64,000 nt of DNA from the IMG/VR virus record IMGVR_UViG_3300009695_000004, positions 1-64,000 of that record. One strand, written 5' to 3'. The notes beneath the pieces were generated by a model, which was given only the letters and a program-made list of their open reading frames with translations, did not search any database and had not been told where the DNA came from. The position numbers were made by a program, and so were the translations under genes. Shown here piece after piece: positions 27,334 through 36,516 of this stretch. The DNA comes from a virus. The number at the start of each line of letters is the position of its first letter. Positions within the stretch are counted from its first letter, which is position 1.

Positions 27334-27678
27334 CTATATACTATTACAACTAAGAACATTATTAGGATTATTGTCGGTAATAGTTTTAGGTATCTTTTTA
27401 CTTTGTGAGCAATGGATAGCTAAGCTATTGTTTATTATTCCATCAATATAAATACACTCTCCAAGGTCATCTAGCTCATTTAAATGACTACAGCCATTTG
27501 GTACAACATAATACTTGCATTTCTTTTTTAGTCTCATATTGTTCAATTCTAATCTTCCTTTTTCTATGCAATTGGTACAAATGTAGCCTTCATTGCTCTC
27601 GTTATCTATAATTTCCTTGAATAATTTTAATCCTTTTACTTGTACTCTCTGACAAAGAATACATTCATTTTCCTTCAT
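27334..27678 (-). CDS. hypothetical Cys-rich protein (114 aa)
   Basis: ORF track; AAAGGAGAAATTT upstream. Contains CILCQ...CTNC. Confidence 0.55.
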   Translation of the reverse strand: MKENECILCQRVQVKGLKLFKEIIDNESNEGYICTNCIEKGRLELNNMRLKKKCKYYVVPNGCSHLNELDDLGECIYIDGIINNSLAIHCSQSKKIPKTITDNNPNNVLSCNSI

Positions 27679-27741
27679 AAATTTCTCCTTTCAATCTTTC
27701 GTCATATATTCAAAGCAATCCCTATTTTTGAATTGCGACTA

Positions 27742-27891
27742 TTAGTTTATATTAATAACCAACATAATCTTTATAAAAACAAAATCTTTTTGTTGTAAAC
27801 ACGTAGGACAACACAGAGGCTTTGCTTTGTTTACTTCTGTTGCAAAATGATTTTCACAACCCCTACACCAATAAAAAGCTAATTTATCCAT
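27742..27891 (-). CDS. hypothetical Zn-ribbon protein (49 aa), not in ORF track
   Basis: ATG at 27891 after GAAGGAG. Reads MDKLAFYWCRGCENHFATEVNKAKPLCCPTCLQQKDFVFIKIMLVININ. Confidence 0.45.
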   Translation of the reverse strand: MDKLAFYWCRGCENHFATEVNKAKPLCCPTCLQQKDFVFIKIMLVININ

Positions 27892-27923
27892 TATAAATAC
27901 TCCTTCTTTTTAAAAATTGCATA

Positions 27924-28139
27924 TCACTTCAATTCGTTTTCTCTCATTATGTCTGTGATATCTACACCTAATATACTTATAGTTGAATGTACTTCTAACG
28001 CCTTAGTATTCATTCTTTTTTTGTTGCCGTTACTCCATTTTACATCAGCCCAAGTACAATCTTTAGCCACTCTTCTTACAGTTCCGTATGTTGGCGGAAA
28101 CCCAACACAAGTAACCCAATCAGACTTTTTAATATTCAT
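27924..28139 (-). CDS. hypothetical protein (71 aa)
   Basis: ORF track; AAAGGAGATAATTT upstream. Confidence 0.5.
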   Translation of the reverse strand: MNIKKSDWVTCVGFPPTYGTVRRVAKDCTWADVKWSNGNKKRMNTKALEVHSTISILGVDITDIMRENELK

Positions 28140-28174
28140 AAATTATCTCCTTTCAAATTCACACTATATTCATT

Positions 28175-28393
28175 TTAAGCATGTGAATTAATAAAACTAT
28201 TAATCATATCTTCCAGTGCTATTAAGGCCTCATTATATGCCTTTAGTTGAGACTTATCCTCTGAAGATGCTACGAACCCACTTGGAAGATGCTTAATCTC
28301 TACAATCCTTATTACATCATCTCCTATATATCTTTGCCTAAGATCAATTCTCATGTCTTCTTCTTTAATGAAGTCGCTTTTATATTTATCCAT
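28175..28393 (-). CDS. hypothetical protein (72 aa)
   Basis: ORF track; AAGGAGAAATA upstream. Confidence 0.5.
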   Translation of the reverse strand: MDKYKSDFIKEEDMRIDLRQRYIGDDVIRIVEIKHLPSGFVASSEDKSQLKAYNEALIALEDMINSFINSHA

Positions 28394-28409
28394 TATTTCT
28401 CCTTATAAA

Positions 28410-28751
28410 TTATTCTTTGTAATAACTATCTCCATTTTCTGATAATTTATATTTATATTTCATTGCTATATAATCCATAACATCACATGCGTTATCTGAT
28501 TCTTTATCTAAATTTACATTAGACTCATTCTTATCAATTTGAGATCCTTTTATAAATACCCACATATTTATTCTATCAGAAACTTCTACTTCGGCGACAA
28601 CTAAATCGTTATTCAATCTCAATGATATAACGCTATCTTCATCACTATTATTAAATGACTCAAGAGAATAACCCTTTTCAATTAAAATTTTTGTTAACTC
28701 TAATACCTCTGGTAAATTACTTACATCTTCAAAGTTTTTAATATTTTTCAT
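28410..28751 (-). CDS. hypothetical acidic protein (113 aa)
   Basis: ORF track, with the start moved to ATG 28751 after AAGGAGG. Confidence 0.5.
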   Translation of the reverse strand: MKNIKNFEDVSNLPEVLELTKILIEKGYSLESFNNSDEDSVISLRLNNDLVVAEVEVSDRINMWVFIKGSQIDKNESNVNLDKESDNACDVMDYIAMKYKYKLSENGDSYYKE

Positions 28752-28780
28752 AATCAAATCCTCCTTATAAAATATCGTTT

Positions 28781-29266
28781 TTATATATAGATATTAATAT
28801 CTCCTGATCTTAATTTTTCTAGACTTTCCTTTGCTAACCTTAACTCATTAGTTTTATATTTAATGCTACTTTCAATTTCCTCGATTTTATATTTCAATAC
28901 TTCTTCCATTTTAGCAGAAGACCTTTCAGCACCTTTTCTTTTATAATATTCTTTATAACATTGATGTTGCGTAGATAAGTTAAACAAATCTTCATCTGCA
29001 TAATAATCAAATTTATATTTTTCAATCTTCTCTATATCATCATAATTACAAACAAAAGTTAATTCTCCTTGTTCTAATGCTTTTTCTAGTGTAAAAGTTT
29101 TATTCTCTGTACCTGAACTCCAATATGTATCTTCTAAATACAGTTCTCCATTTCGTCTTTGCCTAACAACTAATTGCCCATCGAAACAATGATCTGACAT
29201 AAATATTTTCTCTCTCCATATCTTATTATAGTTAAACTCATATACATCATTTAATTTTAATTCCAT
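28781..29266 (-). CDS. hypothetical protein (161 aa)
   Basis: ORF track; GGAGGAGTAGTA upstream. Confidence 0.55.
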   Translation of the reverse strand: MELKLNDVYEFNYNKIWREKIFMSDHCFDGQLVVRQRRNGELYLEDTYWSSGTENKTFTLEKALEQGELTFVCNYDDIEKIEKYKFDYYADEDLFNLSTQHQCYKEYYKRKGAERSSAKMEEVLKYKIEEIESSIKYKTNELRLAKESLEKLRSGDINIYI

Positions 29267-29513
29267 TACTACTCCTCCAGTATTTTATATTTTGATTGTA
29301 GACAATATATTTGAATTGTTCATCAAACTTGTCTTCTTTTGGCATTTCCCTCATCCAACAGGCATTGCAACCTATTTTCTTGGAATCTTTTTCTGTTTGG
29401 CAATTGTAATGTTCTTCTAATCCATAAGATTTTGGACATACAGGGGCTAAACATGGTATCATTAGCTTAAATCCTGATTTTTCTAATTGTTTTACTTTTT
29501 CTAAAAATGTCAT
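29247..29513 (-). CDS. hypothetical Cys-rich protein (88 aa)
   Basis: ORF track. Its 3' end contains the two promoter motif copies for the next gene. Confidence 0.45.
   Translation of the reverse strand: MTFLEKVKQLEKSGFKLMIPCLAPVCPKSYGLEEHYNCQTEKDSKKIGCNACWMREMPKEDKFDEQFKYIVYNQNIKYWRSSNGIKIK
29281..29319 (-). promoter_or_regulatory. two tandem phage promoter-like motifs
   Basis: Sense strand ACAATTCAAATATATTGTC (29319-29301) and ACAATCAAAATATAAAATA (29299-29281). The latter ends 14 nt before ATG 29266. Confidence 0.45.
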
Positions 29514-29577
29514 AAATCCCCTTTCTTATATTCGCACTATTTTCAAATGGTTCATCAACATAAATCTTTGATTTTAA

Positions 29578-29754
29578 CTATAAAGTCTTTAACCAATCTT
29601 CTTTCTCTTTATCATTTACCATTTCTTTACAATGCTTTACCGTTACATTCTCAAAACCATATTTCTTTCTGTAGGTAACTAAGTTACACATTAAAGCGTA
29701 TTCGTTATAACACATGTTGACTAATTTGTTATTGACGTATATTCGATGTTCCAT
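29578..29754 (-). CDS. hypothetical protein (58 aa)
   Basis: ORF track, with the start moved to ATG 29754 after GGAGG. Confidence 0.45.
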   Translation of the reverse strand: MEHRIYVNNKLVNMCYNEYALMCNLVTYRKKYGFENVTVKHCKEMVNDKEKEDWLKTL

Positions 29755-29779
29755 GACTACCTCCATTCAAAACTTGATT

Positions 29780-30133
29780 TTATTCATTAATTATTTCTTG
29801 TATTCTCTTTAACTTATTTAGGTTTAAATTTAGTCGTCCATACGAATTAAAAACTTTTCTCAATTCCCTGTTTATTTTATCTGATTCTTCTTCATCTAAT
29901 ATTTCTTGAATTGAAAAGTATAACGACCATTTACAACCATAATTACTAGTCTGTCTGTTGTCCTCTTTGTCAAATTTTAATTCCCAAAAACTATCTTCTT
30001 TATTATTCACATAAAAATATTTTCTGCCTATTTTAGTAATTTTCCATTCTTCAATATGGTTCATAATATCGTCTTTTATATATCCAGCATTATCGCCTAT
30101 TGGTTTTAGATATACTGTTTGGTTAATTACCAT
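29780..30133 (-). CDS. hypothetical protein (117 aa)
   Basis: ORF track; GGAAGGAGTTATAAA upstream. Confidence 0.55.
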   Translation of the reverse strand: MVINQTVYLKPIGDNAGYIKDDIMNHIEEWKITKIGRKYFYVNNKEDSFWELKFDKEDNRQTSNYGCKWSLYFSIQEILDEEESDKINRELRKVFNSYGRLNLNLNKLKRIQEIINE

Positions 30134-30171
30134 TTTATAACTCCTTCCAATAAATTAACATTTTTAATAGA

Positions 30172-30363
30172 TTATTTAACTTCAGCTTTTAAACAATCCT
30201 TACATCTTTCATAGGCGTGCATGTCAAAATCATAATTTAATACTTCTCCAAAAAATCTACATTGGCCATATCCGCTATTAAGCTTTTTACATGCTAAGAA
30301 ACAACTTGATCCACTACAATGGATATGTGTTGGATTTCCCTCCAATTCAATTATAAGTTTCAA
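30172..30363 (-). CDS. hypothetical Cys-rich protein (63 aa, TTG start)
   Basis: ORF track; AAGGAGG 7 nt upstream of the TTG. Confidence 0.5.
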   Translation of the reverse strand: MKLIIELEGNPTHIHCSGSSCFLACKKLNSGYGQCRFFGEVLNYDFDMHAYERCKDCLKAEVK

Positions 30364-30365
30364 AC

Positions 30366-30530
30366 CTATACCTCCTTATTCGCTATTAACCTTTCTTCCT
30401 CTTTTTCAAAGAACTCAATGATTTTTATTGATTTTTGAACTACTTCCTTTTCCATTCCTTTCGTTGTCCTTTTACCTTCTTGATTATAATAAGCATTAAG
30501 TAATTCTCCAATAACTTCACTTCTTTTCAT
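30366..30530 (-). CDS. hypothetical protein (54 aa), not in ORF track
   Basis: ATG at 30530 after AAAGGAGG. Reads MKRSEVIGELLNAYYNQEGKRTTKGMEKEVVQKSIKIIEFFEKEEERLIANKEV. Confidence 0.55.
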   Translation of the reverse strand: MKRSEVIGELLNAYYNQEGKRTTKGMEKEVVQKSIKIIEFFEKEEERLIANKEV

Positions 30531-30561
30531 TATAAACCTCCTTTCATATAAATTTCCTGTT

Positions 30562-30720
30562 TTATGCCCAATCTAAATGAACATATTCTTCTCCTATATA
30601 ATCCTTATCAATCTTTACATATGCTACTTCACAAGCACCAAAATCAAATTTCACTTTTAGTTCTCCAAGTCCTTCATCTTTAAGCTTTTGTAATTCTATT
30701 ATCAATTTATTTACATTCAT
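30562..30720 (-). CDS. hypothetical protein (52 aa), not in ORF track
   Basis: ATG at 30720 after GGGAGGAG. Reads MNVNKLIIELQKLKDEGLGELKVKFDFGACEVAYVKIDKDYIGEEYVHLDWA. Confidence 0.55.
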   Translation of the reverse strand: MNVNKLIIELQKLKDEGLGELKVKFDFGACEVAYVKIDKDYIGEEYVHLDWA

Positions 30721-30761
30721 ATATATCTCCTCCCATTTAAAATGAACTTTTTATATTATAT

Positions 30762-30911
30762 TTATCTCACAACCTCTAATCCTATAAACGCTAATAACTT
30801 ATCATACTTACCTTCAACAACACTTGCTCGACTTAAATTATATGCCGGATATATAGTTGTATCTACAAACCTAATCTCCAGAAATGTAAAGTCTAATTTA
30901 ATCTTTAACAT
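30762..30911 (-). CDS. hypothetical protein (49 aa), not in ORF track
   Basis: ATG at 30911 after AAGGAAAGGAAAG. Reads MLKIKLDFTFLEIRFVDTTIYPAYNLSRASVVEGKYDKLLAFIGLEVVR. Confidence 0.45.
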   Translation of the reverse strand: MLKIKLDFTFLEIRFVDTTIYPAYNLSRASVVEGKYDKLLAFIGLEVVR

Positions 30912-30985
30912 AATTCTTTCCTTTCCTTACTAAATTATTTATTAACCATTAAAATTTATCATTTATTTCTATATATTAAGTTTAT

Positions 30986-31007
30986 TATATTATATTAGGT
31001 TTGTCAA
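30986..31007 (-). promoter_or_regulatory. phage promoter-like motif with TTGACA
   Basis: Sense strand TTGACAAACCTAATATAATATA, nearly identical to the copy at 42786-42804. Confidence 0.5.
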
Positions 31008-31077
31008 TAGATTACAACAATTTCCATAGATATAATTATTGCAGCAAAGCTTTTATACTCTACTGCATTTCCTTCCA

Positions 31078-32016
31078 TTATATTACTCCATGCTTTATGT
31101 TTGCCAAGTTTTTGTACCAAACAAGTGATTGCTTACTTTTTAAATTAAATAATCCTAATATAGTTTCATCATCAAAATATTCACGATTTTCAGGTGTTAG
31201 CATATAAACTATTTTACTTCTTCTTATATCTTCCATTGTCAAATTATCCACGTCTATACCTTCACAACTAATATCGTTATTCTTAAAAATCTTATGCAAT
31301 GTATCTCCAGGATTATTTAGAAAATCTTCTTTCTTACCTTTTCCAACATTTACAGGCTTAACTAAATATTCAGAACTTCGATAGGACATCCTCTTATATA
31401 CATTATTTTTTGTGGTAACTACGTAATACATTTCTTTCATACATTTTCTAATATCCTCTACGATTTCAAAATCTTCAATTCTTACTATTCTTCTAGTATT
31501 CAAAAATAATATTGCAATATTTTCTCCTTCATCATTTTTGGAGAACTTAATCATATCATTTTTTAACATTTTGATTTCTTCATTTGTAAGACTCGACCAT
31601 GCTAATTCAAACATTAATTTATCTCTTACGTTCAACTCTTCTGCTCCGTCCATCTTAGATAACTGATTTTTAATATTCATATACTGGCTATAATTTAATG
31701 TAAGATTGAGAATTCCTTTAATATCTATAAGATTTTCCATGTTCAATTTTTCTGTATCAAAATTTTCAATATTACAATTCTCTTTTTCGCAAATATATTC
31801 TACAAATCTTCGTACAACAGATGCATATTTATTTAAACTCGATGGTGATATCGCTTTATAAGATTTTAAATAATTAGATATATCTTTTTGATTCCAATCC
31901 AATACAGACTTCTCAATTATTTTTTCAAATTTAATAACTTTATTCAATATAAATCCAATTTCTACTTCATCGTTAGAATCATTTAAAAAACTTTTTAAAT
32001 ATTTATTTGTTAACAT
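31078..32016 (-). CDS. tyrosine-recombinase-like protein with degenerate catalytic residues
   Basis: SAM-like N-terminus (DISNYLKSYKAISPSSLNKYASVVRRFVEYI). RDKLMFELAWSSLTNEEI resembles box I but lacks the catalytic Arg. TMEDIRRS replaces HxxR, and the C-terminus retains VWY. Confidence 0.4.
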   Translation of the reverse strand: MLTNKYLKSFLNDSNDEVEIGFILNKVIKFEKIIEKSVLDWNQKDISNYLKSYKAISPSSLNKYASVVRRFVEYICEKENCNIENFDTEKLNMENLIDIKGILNLTLNYSQYMNIKNQLSKMDGAEELNVRDKLMFELAWSSLTNEEIKMLKNDMIKFSKNDEGENIAILFLNTRRIVRIEDFEIVEDIRKCMKEMYYVVTTKNNVYKRMSYRSSEYLVKPVNVGKGKKEDFLNNPGDTLHKIFKNNDISCEGIDVDNLTMEDIRRSKIVYMLTPENREYFDDETILGLFNLKSKQSLVWYKNLANIKHGVI

Positions 32017-32033
32017 TTTTAATCGCTACCCTT

Positions 32034-32543
32034 CTATAATTGATAATATGATTTAACTAATTTTTTATCTGCAATAAATGCTTTATTGTGTGTGGTAATT
32101 CCACTCTTCATATATTTTATATACAATTCATTAATATCGTCTTCTGGCGATTCAATTAAAGTAAAATGGTTTGTAACTCTTGTTAGTTCTTTCAATATAG
32201 TATTTTCTTTTTTCATTTCATTTATCATCATTTCATTTTGTTTCAATTGCTTTCTAAGTTCTTCTATTTCCTTTTTAAGATTGGTTGAATTATCAATATT
32301 ATTTTTGATTTCTGTTGTAGTATCTTTAGCAGTGTTTAATTCACTTGCAAATGCTGCAATTAAGTTATCTATTGCTTCTTCCCTTATTCCCTCTAATTCT
32401 CCATTAATAATCTTTTGAGATAGTATCTTGGCTTTAATGACATCATCGGTACGCTGAAGGGTGTTTACAATTTTATTGATTTTTATTTGTTGATTGTCTT
32501 CTGATTCGACAATTAAACTATACAAGTATTCTCGCTTATCCAT
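32034..32543 (-). CDS. hypothetical coiled-coil protein (169 aa)
   Basis: ORF track; lies between the two recombinase-like genes. Confidence 0.55.
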   Translation of the reverse strand: MDKREYLYSLIVESEDNQQIKINKIVNTLQRTDDVIKAKILSQKIINGELEGIREEAIDNLIAAFASELNTAKDTTTEIKNNIDNSTNLKKEIEELRKQLKQNEMMINEMKKENTILKELTRVTNHFTLIESPEDDINELYIKYMKSGITTHNKAFIADKKLVKSYYQL

Positions 32544-32633
32544 TTTATTCTCTCCTTTTTATTTTGCTTATTGATTTTATATTACTACAATTCTAATGTA
32601 ATGTAAATACCAAAATTTGGTTTGTTGAATGAT

Positions 32634-33527
32634 TTATGATATTATGCTATTCATTATACTATTATTTGCCTGTTTTATCATCTGTTTTTCATCTACTTGT
32701 ACGTATATTTGAGTTGTTGATAAACTTGCATGACCTAGAATTTCTTGAAGTGTTCTTAAATCCATCCCGTTCTGGAAGCTGTTTGTAGCGAATGAGTGTC
32801 TTAAGAGATGTACCAACATATCAGAATCACCTTGTGGATTAACACCGGATTTCTCCATTGCTATTCTTACCATGCTTTGAATTGATGTCTTATCCATCCT
32901 GGACTTCCTTTCACTTAAGAATAAAGCATTTTCACCTTTTACATTAGCTCTTACCTTCATATACTCTTGCAATAAGAAGTTTATTTGTTCACTCATATAC
33001 ATAGTACGTTCTTTATTACCCTTCCCTATTATTTGAGTGACTTCTTTACCTACTATGTCAATATTCAGATCAACAACCTCGCTCAATCTCATTCCAGTAT
33101 TAAGTATCAACAGTATTATTGTTTTGTCTCTTACAGCATTTCTGGGACTAACACTCTCCAATAACTTTTTGCATTGCTCGATGTTGAGATATTTTGCTTT
33201 TCTCTTTGGTATTTTAGGTTTGTCATCTTTGTCTAGTTCGAACATAACATTTTTATTAATCACCTTGATCTTTACTAAATAAGTGAAGAAGTTCGTCAAC
33301 GCACACAACTTCCTTCTTATAGCTGCTGCTGCATTGGTGTCCTTTAGATAGTACATGAAATTATATATGTGAGTTACTTGAATCTTTTTAGCATTAGTCT
33401 TATTAATTTCAAATTCCTTTTCCTTCATGTAATTACAGAACACACTTACATTGCTTTGATATCCCTTTACGCTTTCCTCACTTTTAGTAAGAGATAAGTA
33501 TTTTACATAATCTGTTATTAAATTCAT
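32634..33527 (-). CDS. tyrosine recombinase/integrase, XerC/XerD-like
   Basis: Complete catalytic signature: RDKTIILLILNTGMRLSEV, GKGNKERTMYM, VHLLRHSFAT and LGHASLSTTQIY. Confidence 0.85.
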   Translation of the reverse strand: MNLITDYVKYLSLTKSEESVKGYQSNVSVFCNYMKEKEFEINKTNAKKIQVTHIYNFMYYLKDTNAAAAIRRKLCALTNFFTYLVKIKVINKNVMFELDKDDKPKIPKRKAKYLNIEQCKKLLESVSPRNAVRDKTIILLILNTGMRLSEVVDLNIDIVGKEVTQIIGKGNKERTMYMSEQINFLLQEYMKVRANVKGENALFLSERKSRMDKTSIQSMVRIAMEKSGVNPQGDSDMLVHLLRHSFATNSFQNGMDLRTLQEILGHASLSTTQIYVQVDEKQMIKQANNSIMNSIIS

Positions 33528-33547
33528 TTCTTACACCCCCAAATTTC

Positions 33548-33655
33548 TCATGACATTAAAAATTTGATTGTCTTATATAATTGTGCTGCTCCAAATAATA
33601 CTAAACCTATCAACCAACCAAACCCATAACAGCATCCGAATAATAAATAAATCAT
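33548..33655 (-). CDS. hydrophobic micropeptide (35 aa), not in ORF track
   Basis: ATG at 33655 after GTAGGAGGAG. Reads MIYLLFGCCYGFGWLIGLVLFGAAQLYKTIKFLMS. Confidence 0.4.
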   Translation of the reverse strand: MIYLLFGCCYGFGWLIGLVLFGAAQLYKTIKFLMS

Positions 33656-33674
33656 AATTTAACTCCTCCTACTA

Positions 33675-33693
33675 TATATTATATTCATTTTAT
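33675..33693 (-). promoter_or_regulatory. phage promoter-like motif (degenerate 5' half)
   Basis: Sense strand ATAAAATGAATATAATATA, 19 nt before ATG 33655. Confidence 0.35.
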
Positions 33694-33728
33694 CATATTT
33701 TATACACATTTAGTAAATTATTTTTATA

Positions 33729-34028
33729 TCAGTTTAATGTAGTACAAACTTTTGTTAATCGTGTTCTTTTATTTATTATTCCTATCCCATGTTTATCGTG
33801 TGAATTTATACATTTAAACACATTGCTTAATGTCTCATGTTTTTTATGAGAGTGCATATATGCGTTACCTCTAGTATTTTCATGATATAGTTCTATTGCG
33901 TGTCTCTCATAATCCATATTTACTATATACCATGTAGCTCTATAGCTTTTAATTCTAATGTAACATCCTATCTCATCATAGGTAAATCCATACTTTCTAC
34001 ATAAGTTATTCAATAATTCTTTATTCAT
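33729..34028 (-). CDS. hypothetical His-rich protein (99 aa)
   Basis: ORF track; AAAGGAGATGTAAGAT upstream. Confidence 0.5.
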   Translation of the reverse strand: MNKELLNNLCRKYGFTYDEIGCYIRIKSYRATWYIVNMDYERHAIELYHENTRGNAYMHSHKKHETLSNVFKCINSHDKHGIGIINKRTRLTKVCTTLN

Positions 34029-34090
34029 ATCTTACATCTCCTTTGTGTTTTTAGCAAAAAGAAAGGAATAGAAATTTTCCTCTCTACTCC

Positions 34091-34315
34091 TCATTCTATA
34101 TAGTATGTTGTCCCACATATATTATATTTCATTTCTAAACACGTTGCCGTAAGTTCTCCTACTATATAAGTACCATCGGATTTCATAACATATCGGTCTC
34201 CCTCTAATTCTTCTATGATAGTATCATTTATTTCCTCTGCGTCTTCTGTTGTGCATCCTAACACCAGTAAATCCATTAATATTGATTCTTCTGTTAACTT
34301 GTAAATTTTAATCAT
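34091..34315 (-). CDS. hypothetical protein (74 aa)
   Basis: ORF track; a weak hairpin (AGGAA/TTCCT, 34064-34081) plus T-run lies downstream. Confidence 0.5.
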   Translation of the reverse strand: MIKIYKLTEESILMDLLVLGCTTEDAEEINDTIIEELEGDRYVMKSDGTYIVGELTATCLEMKYNICGTTYYIE

Positions 34316-34450
34316 TTTTTAATACCCCCATTTATAAACTTTTGTAGATTTTAACCATTATTATAATTTAACTATGCGCTTGACCATATATAATATCAAA
34401 CCTTCTTTCTTTTTACTTCATAAGTATACGAACAACCGTTCTTTAAATTT

Positions 34451-34479
34451 AGTATACTACCGGATAATTGAATTGTCAA
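34451..34479 (-). promoter_or_regulatory. sigma-A consensus promoter
   Basis: Sense strand is TTGACA, the 17-nt spacer ATTCAATTATCCGGTAG, then TATACT. A roughly 130-nt leader runs to ATG 34315. Confidence 0.55.
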
Positions 34480-34500
34480 ACATTTCTTTTTTATTTTATT

Positions 34501-34761
34501 TTAGTATTCTTCGGGTAATAATACCGTTGTTGAGGATCTATCGGCTTCCGTTATTATCCAGAAAGTTATACCATCTTTGCTCTCGTATACACTTAATATT
34601 CTATCATTATTTACAAGAGCTTCATCATTAGCCTCAGCGTCTTCTGGTTCTACTAATCCCCAATCTCCTATACGATGTCTATCTAATGCCATAATTAATT
34701 CTTCTCTTGATATTACTTGCTCGACCATCTTCGTCATAACTGTTGTTCCAAGTTTAAACAT
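34501..34761 (-). CDS. small conserved protein with GDWG...ITEADRS.TT.LLPEEY signature
   Basis: I recall the signature RHRIGDWG...WIITEADRSSTTVLLPEEY from small proteins on plasmids and ICEs. The family name was not recalled and the function is unknown. Confidence 0.55.
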   Translation of the reverse strand: MFKLGTTVMTKMVEQVISREELIMALDRHRIGDWGLVEPEDAEANDEALVNNDRILSVYESKDGITFWIITEADRSSTTVLLPEEY

Positions 34762-34822
34762 AATAATTTCTCCTTATTATTAGTATAATGTTTCCACTGT
34801 CCTATTTTTGGTACTACTGAGA

Positions 34823-34969
34823 TTATTTAAATTTAATATTTTTACACCTATATTCTTCTCCGGTCTTTAGAGTTACAAGTACATCGTTGTTGACTGCTAT
34901 AACTGCCCACACATCTTTCTCTTTTAGTTCTATATTCTCATCTTTATCAAGATCATATAACTTTATCAT
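34823..34969 (-). CDS. hypothetical protein (48 aa), not in ORF track
   Basis: ATG at 34969 after GAGGTGA. Reads MIKLYDLDKDENIELKEKDVWAVIAVNNDVLVTLKTGEEYRCKNIKFK. Confidence 0.45.
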   Translation of the reverse strand: MIKLYDLDKDENIELKEKDVWAVIAVNNDVLVTLKTGEEYRCKNIKFK

Positions 34970-35169
34970 TGAATCACCTCTATTCAATTAGTTGACAATA
35001 GTATTAAAATTTATACACCTCCTTTTTCTATTTCAATTAGAGAAAATAATATTTTAATCAATCTTCTAATAACACATAAAATAATGAGTAAAAATATACA
35101 TGAGTTAGATTCCATTGAATTATCCTCCTAATATTACTGTGATGTACTATTTACTTTAAACTTGTTCTT

Positions 35170-35505
35170 TTATTGTAGTAACGCATATACTTCTGGAATT
35201 AATTCTTTTTGTCTTCTGGTCAATATAGTTCCTAACCAACCGATTGTTTTAGGAAAATCTATAGTGTACGAATATGAATGATCTTGATATTGTTCTACAG
35301 TATAACACCATGATATATCTTTAGTATCTTTTCTAAAATCAGAATAGTTATGAACGAATATTTTATACTTTTCTTTTCCTACTATAACAATGAATGTTTC
35401 ATTATTGATTTTTGTATAAGACACCAGATGATATTTATTAAAATTTTCTTCATACTCTCCAGTAGGTAATAAATCATTTTCTTTTAACATTTCCGATAAT
35501 TGCAT
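35170..35505 (-). CDS. hypothetical protein (111 aa)
   Basis: ORF track. Confidence 0.5.
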   Translation of the reverse strand: MQLSEMLKENDLLPTGEYEENFNKYHLVSYTKINNETFIVIVGKEKYKIFVHNYSDFRKDTKDISWCYTVEQYQDHSYSYTIDFPKTIGWLGTILTRRQKELIPEVYALLQ

Positions 35506-35524
35506 TTTTAATACACATCCTTTA

Positions 35525-35543
35525 TATATTATATTGATTTAAA
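35525..35543 (-). promoter_or_regulatory. phage promoter-like motif (degenerate)
   Basis: Sense strand TTTAAATCAATATAATATA, 19 nt before ATG 35505. Confidence 0.35.
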
Positions 35544-35552
35544 ATCGTACGT

Positions 35553-35720
35553 TTATTGTATTTTTAATTTTTTAATTTCAATTTTAGGATTGCCTATATA
35601 TTGTACTTCTTTAGGATAATATTTTCTTTTATAATTTTCAGCTTGCTCTAATGTTTCAAAGGTTTTAACTATATATTTTCTTATAAAATCAGTTATCCAT
35701 ATCACATATGGTTCTTTCAT
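35553..35720 (-). CDS. hypothetical protein (55 aa), not in ORF track
   Basis: ATG at 35720. Reads MKEPYVIWITDFIRKYIVKTFETLEQAENYKRKYYPKEVQYIGNPKIEIKKLKIQ. Confidence 0.4.
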   Translation of the reverse strand: MKEPYVIWITDFIRKYIVKTFETLEQAENYKRKYYPKEVQYIGNPKIEIKKLKIQ

Positions 35721-35750
35721 TTTTCACATCCTTCTTATAAATTTATTATT

Positions 35751-36152
35751 TTATCTTAACAATGCATTATTCCATATATTTATTGCTCCATCTTTATTTG
35801 AAGCTTCTTCAATGTATTTTGATTCAGCTACGATATAAAATAATTCTTTATTTGTAAATTCTCTAAAAGGTAAAGGAAGTTCTATATTTTTAATAACTCT
35901 TTTTCTTTTTTCTTCTTTATACTTTGTTAGTTCTTCCAGTGCATTTTTAAACCTGCTAAACTTTGCATAGTCTTTACTTATAGTAATTAAAAATATACCT
36001 TCTTTTTCTAACTCACATATAAGATTATTAATATCAAATTTAATAAGATCCAAATTAACACCAGATAGAGAATATTTACATTCTGAATAATTTTCAATAT
36101 AATTTAAATTACTATTTAAATATTCTTTCCGTTCTTTTTTAGTTTCTAACAT
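35751..36152 (-). CDS. hypothetical protein (133 aa)
   Basis: ORF track, with the start moved to ATG 36152 after GAAGGGGTG. Confidence 0.5.
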   Translation of the reverse strand: MLETKKERKEYLNSNLNYIENYSECKYSLSGVNLDLIKFDINNLICELEKEGIFLITISKDYAKFSRFKNALEELTKYKEEKRKRVIKNIELPLPFREFTNKELFYIVAESKYIEEASNKDGAINIWNNALLR

Positions 36153-36191
36153 TATTACACACCCCTTCTTTAATCTCATAAATTCTTTAAT

Positions 36192-36479
36192 TTAGATGAA
36201 TTTACTTGTATAAACTTTATGCAATTGGCTATACATTTCTTTAATAGAAATAATCCTTTCTACATACATATTAAGAATTATTATATAAGCTATTAACATA
36301 TTATTAGTAATACCATAACTATAAATTGGTTTAGGTAGTGATCCATCCTTAAACATTCTTTGTCCTTCTATATAGTCCTGAAATATGATGTTTTTATTAT
36401 TCAATGTGTCAGTATGTTTGATTATTTCAAAATTTCCTACGCTGCAATATAATACTTCTTCAAACTTTTTATATTCCAT
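36192..36479 (-). CDS. hypothetical protein (95 aa)
   Basis: ORF track; AAGAGGTGTATTAA upstream. Confidence 0.5.
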   Translation of the reverse strand: MEYKKFEEVLYCSVGNFEIIKHTDTLNNKNIIFQDYIEGQRMFKDGSLPKPIYSYGITNNMLIAYIIILNMYVERIISIKEMYSQLHKVYTSKFI

Positions 36480-36516
36480 TTAATACACCTCTTTCATATT
36501 TAAGCTTATAGCTCTA

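Noticed and set aside
32544-33728. dif/att-like recombination site near the Xer-like recombinase (e.g. ATTCTAATGTAATGTAAATACC at about 32590)
   Set aside because: There is only a vague resemblance to Firmicutes dif half-sites in AT-rich DNA. I found no clear inverted 11-bp arms around a 6-8-bp spacer.
26924-34783. Plus-strand ORFs in minus-strand intergenic gaps (26924-27109, 30742-30933, 31001-31207, 34374-34631, 34577-34783)
   Set aside because: They run in the wrong orientation for the operon, have no RBS and give junk-like sequences. The same gaps contain well-supported small minus-strand ORFs or promoters.
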